The translations under genes were made by a program, and so were the position numbers. From Geobacter metallireducens GS-15 (GTDB taxonomy: Bacteria > Desulfobacterota > Desulfuromonadia > Geobacterales > Geobacteraceae): a stretch of DNA of 32,000 bases. The notes below the pieces were generated by a model, which saw nothing but the letters and a program-made list of their open reading frames with translations, had not been told where the DNA came from and searched no databases. This document shows, piece after piece, positions 28,601 to 32,000 of the stretch. Position 1 is the first letter of the stretch; the number at the start of each line of letters is the position of its first letter. The stretch lies in NCBI RefSeq assembly GCF_000012925.1, contig NC_007517.1, positions 1,830,001 to 1,862,000 of the forward strand, written 5' to 3'.

Positions 28601-28793
28601 CGGCATCGGGGCAGGGGCCGAGGCCCGGCGCACCCTCGGGCTTTCAGTCGTGGGGGGGCTTGTCGTGTCGCAGCTGCTGACCCTCTACATCACGCCGGTC
28701 ATCTACTACTATATGGATCGCATGCAGGAGTGGGTAAAGACGCGTTTCGGGATCGGGCAGAGTTCCCGAAAGGAGCGACAGTCGGCAGGGTAG
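25680..28793 (+). CDS. RND efflux permease, HAE-1 (multidrug/hydrophobe-amphiphile) type
   Basis: 1037 aa with 12-TM AcrB architecture. N-terminus MSIAEVFIRRPVMTSLVML. The TM4 motif SVGFVVDDAIVMLENI is the HAE-1 type and not the heavy-metal type. ATGA overlap with the adaptor gene. Confidence 0.93.
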   Translation: MSIAEVFIRRPVMTSLVMLAVMLFGLLAYSKLPVNDLPTVDYPTIQVSASLPGANPDTMAASVALPLEREFSTIAGVDSMNSTNGLGTSRITIKFTLERDIDAAAQDVQAAISRAQRQLPQDMPAPPSFQKVNPADQAVLYLALSSPTLPLSTVNDYAEAMIAQRISMVNGVASVQVNGSQKYAVRVQVDPKALAARKIGIDEVAQALERGNVNLPTGTLQGKHEALTIQTSGQLYSAKEYEPLIVAYRNGSPVRLGEIGKVIDSVENDKVAGWYKQTRAIILAIQRQPGTNTIEVVNRIKELIPHFRSQLPASVDLNILFDRTGGIKESVADVKFTMMLTICLVILVIFLFLRNLPATLIPSLALPLSIVGAFSAMYLMGFSVNNITLMALTLSVGFVVDDAIVMLENIVRHLEKGEDPREASLRGSREIGFTIVSMTISLVAVFIPVLFMQGMLGRLLHEFAVTISLAILISGFVSLSLTPMLCSRFLRPHGEQRHGRFYNFMERFFNGMYRFYEVTLARVLRLRRTVLAGTLVLTLLTIWLFTKVPTGLLPSDDIGAIFAMTEGAQGISFEEMKAKQQQLAAIVLQDPNVEAFMSTAGASGSRVSSNSGFMFIRLKPRQERKLNADQVIQQLRPKVMGVPGIVMFLQNPPPIRLEARLAKSQYQFVLQSPDTEDLYARAAELEAKLKQVPLLLDVTSDLQLQNPQVQLDIDRDKASALGVTAHQVEDALYYAYGARQVTTIFAPDNQYKVILELEPQYQTDPTALSMLYIRSQKGDLVPLNTLANLRRTLGPLSVNHLGQIPAVTISFNLRPDTPLSEAVSAIEKVSRETLPATFTTSFQGVAQAYQQSTTGLTVLIIMAIVVIYIVLGILYESYIHPITILSGLPSAGFGALITLMIFGKELNLYGFVGLIMLIGIVKKNAIMMIDFALEAQRSEGMPPLEAIHQGALVRFRPIMMTTMAALMGTLPIALGIGAGAEARRTLGLSVVGGLVVSQLLTLYITPVIYYYMDRMQEWVKTRFGIGQSSRKERQSAG

Positions 28794-28880
28794 GAAGGTT
28801 GCGCGCGGCGGACGCCTGTATATACTTACCCTGCGTGTGGGGTTGGTTGCCGACCCCGATTTTCTGAAAGGGGCCATGCC

Positions 28881-29624
28881 ATGAAAAAGCTCGTTTTGCT
28901 TCGTCACGGCGAAAGCGTCTGGAACAGGGAGAACCGTTTCACCGGCTGGACCGATGTGGGGCTCAGCGAGAAGGGGATCGAGGAGGCAATCAGTGCCGGG
29001 CGCACCCTGAAAGAAGAAGGGTTTGTTTTCGACGTGGCCTACACGTCGGTCCTCAAGCGGGCCATCAAGACCCTCTGGCTCGTCCTGGAAGAGATGGATC
29101 TCATGTGGATCCCGGAATACCGCCACTGGAGGCTCAACGAGCGTCACTACGGAGCGCTCCAGGGGCTCAACAAGGCGGAGACCGCCGAACGGCACGGCAT
29201 GGAGCAGGTCATGATCTGGCGCCGCAGTTACGATATCCCGCCGCCTCCCCTGACCCCCGACGATCAGCGGTTTCCGGGAAGCGATCCTCGCTATGCATCA
29301 CTTTTACCCGAGGAGTTACCACTCACCGAATCCCTCAAGGACACGGTCGCCCGTTTTCTTCCCTACTGGCATGAAACCATCGCCCCCGCCGTAAAAGAAG
29401 GGAAACGGGTTCTCGTCACCGCCCACGGCAACAGCCTGCGGGCCCTTGTAAAATACCTGGATCTGGTCTCTGACTCCGAAATCGTCAACCTCAATATTCC
29501 CACCGGCATTCCCCTTGTCTACGAACTAACGGATAACATGACACCCATCAGGAGCTACTATCTCGGTGATCCGGATGACGTGGCCAGGGCAAGCAGGATG
29601 GTGGCGGATCAGATAAAGAAGTAA
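28881..29624 (+). CDS. gpmA: 2,3-bisphosphoglycerate-dependent phosphoglycerate mutase
   Basis: [29 protein letters not shown] (catalytic RHGE), [10 protein letters not shown] and [11 protein letters not shown]. Confidence 0.95.
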   Translation: MKKLVLLRHGESVWNRENRFTGWTDVGLSEKGIEEAISAGRTLKEEGFVFDVAYTSVLKRAIKTLWLVLEEMDLMWIPEYRHWRLNERHYGALQGLNKAETAERHGMEQVMIWRRSYDIPPPPLTPDDQRFPGSDPRYASLLPEELPLTESLKDTVARFLPYWHETIAPAVKEGKRVLVTAHGNSLRALVKYLDLVSDSEIVNLNIPTGIPLVYELTDNMTPIRSYYLGDPDDVARASRMVADQIKK

Positions 29625-29652
29625 GTATCGCTCTGAACTCCTGGCGCCGGCG

Positions 29653-30483
29653 TCAAGCGATAAAGAGTCGTCCCTTCCTCTTCGCGATAAACCCTTCTGC
29701 TTCCATCTGCTTCAGGTTGCTCAGCACCGCATCCTGGGGCTTGTTCAGAAAAGACGTAATTTCTTCAAGCGTTATGCCTGGTCTGTCCAGTATTGCCTTA
29801 AGTATCAGGCTCCGTAGTTCCCGATTGGATCCCTTGAAGGGGCTCTGGGTTGCGTGATGGGCACTGCGCCGTGAAGGATTGCCGTGGAGCCTCTTGAGGT
29901 GGGCACCGTAGTCCATGAGGGCATAATACCATTCCCGGGGATTGCCATAATCGAGAGCCCCTTCGACCAGGGGTGCGATCTCGCGGTCATGGACCTTTTC
30001 GGAATCATTGAAGAAGTGATGGATGAAAACGGTTCTGATGTTGGTTTCGATGAATGCGGAAGGCACGGAGAAGGCAAAGGCAGCCACGGCTCGTGCTGTG
30101 TAGTGTCCTATGCCGGGGAGCTTTTCCAGTTCCGCGATGGTGGAGGGAAGGGTGCCGCCATATTCTGTTACGACTGCTTCGGAGCACCGCTTCAGATTGA
30201 GGGCGCGCCGGTTGTAGCCGAGCCCTTGCCAGGCGGCAAGAACCGCGTCAAGTGGGGCTGCGGCAAGGGCCCTGAAATCGGGGAACGCCGAAAGGAATGA
30301 CATATACTTACCTGTCACCCTGTCGACCTGGGTTTGCTGAAGCATTATCTCGGAAACGAGGATGGCGTAGGGGTCACTGGTTTCACGCCACGGAAGGGTG
30401 CGCCCGTGGCGCCGGTAGTGGCCATAAACAATCTGTCGGAAGAGGGTGGCAGCCTCCGGGGTGAGTCCCCCGGAGGTATACAT
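29653..30483 (-). CDS. HhH-GPD DNA glycosylase, MutY-like N-terminal domain, lacking the Fe-S cluster loop and NUDIX domain, with a C-terminal winged-helix-like tail
   Basis: RTLPWRETSDPYAILVSEIMLQQTQVDRV and LPGIGHYTARAV (helix-hairpin-helix) match MutY/Nth. No Cys-X6-Cys-X2-Cys-X5-Cys motif follows ALMDYGA. The C-terminal ~70 aa (LRSLILKAILDRPGITLEEITSFLNKPQDAVLSNLKQMEAEGFIAKRKGRLFI) looks like a wHTH. Start at ATG 30483 gives a MutY-like N-terminal length. The alternative ATG 30582 would overlap the upstream gene by 76 nt. Confidence 0.7.
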   Translation of the reverse strand: MYTSGGLTPEAATLFRQIVYGHYRRHGRTLPWRETSDPYAILVSEIMLQQTQVDRVTGKYMSFLSAFPDFRALAAAPLDAVLAAWQGLGYNRRALNLKRCSEAVVTEYGGTLPSTIAELEKLPGIGHYTARAVAAFAFSVPSAFIETNIRTVFIHHFFNDSEKVHDREIAPLVEGALDYGNPREWYYALMDYGAHLKRLHGNPSRRSAHHATQSPFKGSNRELRSLILKAILDRPGITLEEITSFLNKPQDAVLSNLKQMEAEGFIAKRKGRLFIA

Positions 30484-30506
30484 TTCCCTGATGTGGCTTT
30501 CCAGGC

Positions 30507-30911
30507 TCAATGGTCGTGATAGCCGAGAACGACCAGGATGCAGGTCCCGTCGGCAATGACGCTGATTCCGTGTCTGCGGCATGCCTCCACGGCGGCATCG
30601 CTTTCAGCGCCCGGTTGCATCCAGATGTTCTTGATCCCCTTGCGGGCCGCCATCTCAACCACCTGCTCGGTCACCGGGGGAGGGGTAATCACCGAGATGC
30701 TCTCCACGTCATCCGGAAGACCCGTTACGTTCGGAACGCACGCCGTTCCCTCGATTTCCTGCTCCTTTGGATTGACCGGGATAACCCGCAGGTTCTTCTG
30801 CTGGTAAACGCGCAACACCTTGTTGCCGTACTTGTGTCGGTCCGCCGAAGCGCCGACAACGCCAAAGGCCTTTGACTGGAAAAAGAGATCAAGCTGTTCC
30901 TTGGTATTCAT
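30507..30911 (-). CDS. CoA-binding domain protein (YccU/YneT-like)
   Basis: FGVVGASADRHKYGNKVLRVYQQKNLRVIPVNPKEQEIEG is a Rossmann-like CoA-binding fold. ATG 30911 has GGAGGA 6 nt upstream. Confidence 0.8.
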   Translation of the reverse strand: MNTKEQLDLFFQSKAFGVVGASADRHKYGNKVLRVYQQKNLRVIPVNPKEQEIEGTACVPNVTGLPDDVESISVITPPPVTEQVVEMAARKGIKNIWMQPGAESDAAVEACRRHGISVIADGTCILVVLGYHDH

Positions 30912-30951
30912 GGTCACTCCTCCCTGAAGCGTCTTTGGTCACTAGTATCCG

Positions 30952-31317
30952 TCATTTCAGATGCTTTGCAACCAGCATCTCGATAAGTTCACCGATGGTT
31001 GTCCGTTTGTGTGCCGCGGCAATCTTCAGCTTCAGGTGGAGATCCTCGCGGATATTCGCCGTGAGGCGCACATCCCCCTCGGGCACCAGTCCCGATGTAG
31101 AACGGGCCTTGGCCGTTCCTTTGCTCTTACCTCGCGCTTTCTGGCTCGGTTTCCTCGTTGCGGCTTGTTCCCGGGCAACGACTTTTTTTACTTCCTTTTT
31201 CTTGGGCGTTTCCGAATCTTTTCCTCTGGCAGCCTTCTTCGGAGCGGGCTTCTTCTTTTCCGGTTCCGCAGGGGTTTCAAAGAGGGCCATTTGCCCTTCA
31301 AGGGGTTCGCTGTTCAT
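30952..31317 (-). CDS. Ribbon-helix-helix (CopG/ParG-like) protein with a lysine-rich disordered N-terminal tail
   Basis: GGGAGG lies 5 nt upstream of ATG 31317. The N-terminal ~80 aa is K/P/A-rich (PEKKKPAPKKAARGKDSETPKKKEVKK...KARGKSKGTAKAR). The C-terminus VRLTANIREDLHLKLKIAAAHKRTTIGELIEMLVAKHL fits the beta-alpha-alpha RHH pattern. Confidence 0.65.
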   Translation of the reverse strand: MNSEPLEGQMALFETPAEPEKKKPAPKKAARGKDSETPKKKEVKKVVAREQAATRKPSQKARGKSKGTAKARSTSGLVPEGDVRLTANIREDLHLKLKIAAAHKRTTIGELIEMLVAKHLK

Positions 31318-31406
31318 GTTGACCTCCCGGCATGCAAATCAATGCGAAATTTAACCATACATACTTACCCAAGTAAACAGAAAGGTCTCGCCAACAGGGA
31401 GATATT

Positions 31407-31435
31407 TTGCATTTTGGCACCTCCCATGGTACTAT
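31407..31435 (+). promoter_or_regulatory. Candidate sigma70 promoter of queDE (TTGCAT-N17-TACTAT)
   Basis: -35 at 31407-31412 and -10 at 31430-31435, about 50 nt upstream of the queD ATG. Confidence 0.45.
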
Positions 31436-31485
31436 CGCCTCGCTAAAAAAGCTGCTAATGAAATCATTGATCAGGGGAGCAACCA

Positions 31486-31854
31486 ATGTACAAATTGGCG
31501 ATTCACACATCTTTTGCCGCTGCCCATTGTCTCATCAACTACCAGGGAGACTGCGAGAACCTCCACGGGCACAACTGGAAGGTGGAAGTGACCGTGACGG
31601 CCCGGGAGCTTGACAAGGCCGGCCTCGGGATCGATTTTAAAATCCTCAAGCAGGAGACGAACGCAATCCTGCGCACCCTCGATCATAAATACCTCAACGA
31701 GTTGACCCCGTTCCGGGAAATTTCCCCGTCTTCCGAGAACATTTCCCGCTTTCTCTACGAGGAGCTTTCCAAGCGGCTCAATGACGGCAATGTCAAGGTC
31801 GAGAGCATCACCGTCTGGGAGTCGGACAACGCTGCCGCCACCTACTATGAGTAA
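31486..31854 (+). CDS. queD: 6-carboxy-5,6,7,8-tetrahydropterin synthase
   Basis: [22 protein letters not shown] (zinc-binding His and catalytic Cys context) and [16 protein letters not shown] lies 6 nt upstream. Confidence 0.93.
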   Translation: MYKLAIHTSFAAAHCLINYQGDCENLHGHNWKVEVTVTARELDKAGLGIDFKILKQETNAILRTLDHKYLNELTPFREISPSSENISRFLYEELSKRLNDGNVKVESITVWESDNAAATYYE

Positions 31855-32000
31855 GCCGACCGCAGAGCTGGCCGAAGTTTTTTCCTCTGTCCAGGGAGAG
31901 GGGATGCTGATAGGGCTGCGGCAGGTTTTCGTCCGTTTTCGTGGCTGTAATCTCACCTGCGACTATTGCGACACCCCCACTGAAATAACCGCCGAGCCCT
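31847..32000 (+). CDS. queE: 7-carboxy-7-deazaguanine synthase (radical SAM), 3' end outside the window
   Basis: ATG 31847 overlaps the queD end by 8 nt. Translation is [44 protein letters not shown], containing the QueE SxQGEG motif and the CxxxCxxC radical-SAM cluster motif. Confidence 0.9.
   Translation, partial: MSKPTAELAEVFSSVQGEGMLIGLRQVFVRFRGCNLTCDYCDTPTEITAEP

Noticed and set aside
22920-28793. Heavy-metal (CzcCBA-like) efflux system, suggested by the OMF-MFP-RND gene order
   Set aside because: The RND TM4 motif is GFVVDDAIVMLEN (HAE-1 type). The heavy-metal-type DFG..DGA..EN motif is absent. No metal-binding His/Met-rich segments or metal regulator are nearby.
31320-31485. preQ1 riboswitch upstream of queDE (an A-rich stretch, CGCTAAAAAAGCTGCTAA, caught the eye)
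   Set aside because: No P1 hairpin or pseudoknot partner precedes the A-tract. With the predicted promoter, the 5' UTR is only about 45-50 nt with weak structure. It does not fit preQ1-I/II/III architectures by eye.

Overview
This is a GC-rich bacterial chromosomal segment. Gene content, the c-type cytochrome and the tmRNA tag (ADNYDYAVAA) suggest a Geobacter-like Desulfuromonadota genome, but that is inference only. The window is mostly core and housekeeping genes. In order:
- the tail of a DUF58/transglutaminase (MoxR-type) operon
- a 665-aa TPR protein and a TonB-C-domain protein
- NADP-malic enzyme (maeB)
- a HIT / ROK sugar kinase / pfkA cluster
- a GAF-sensor chemoreceptor
- panB-panC followed by a PLP-dependent group II decarboxylase
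- an amidohydrolase
- smpB-ssrA (tmRNA)
- a diheme c-type cytochrome and tRNA-Arg(UCG)
- two small envelope proteins and a stand-alone Skp
- a TolC-MFP-RND (HAE-1 type) efflux operon
- gpmA
- a minus-strand trio: an RHH protein with a lysine-rich tail, a CoA-binding protein, and an Fe-S-less MutY-like glycosylase with a winged-helix tail
- queD-queE

I saw no CRISPR array, transposase, integrase, or recognisable defence or toxin-antitoxin module. I did not find a convincing novel multi-gene system. The observations most worth follow-up are:
1. A perfect 29-bp inverted copy of the tmRNA 3' end at the edge of a one-gene cytochrome interval bounded by tRNA-Arg.
2. A structured leader with an intrinsic terminator directly in front of panB (candidate pan-motif attenuator), together with a PLP-dependent decarboxylase in the panD position.
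3. The RHH / CoA-binding / atypical HhH-GPD operon.

Several ORF-track starts were moved to internal start codons using Shine-Dalgarno spacing and homolog N-termini.
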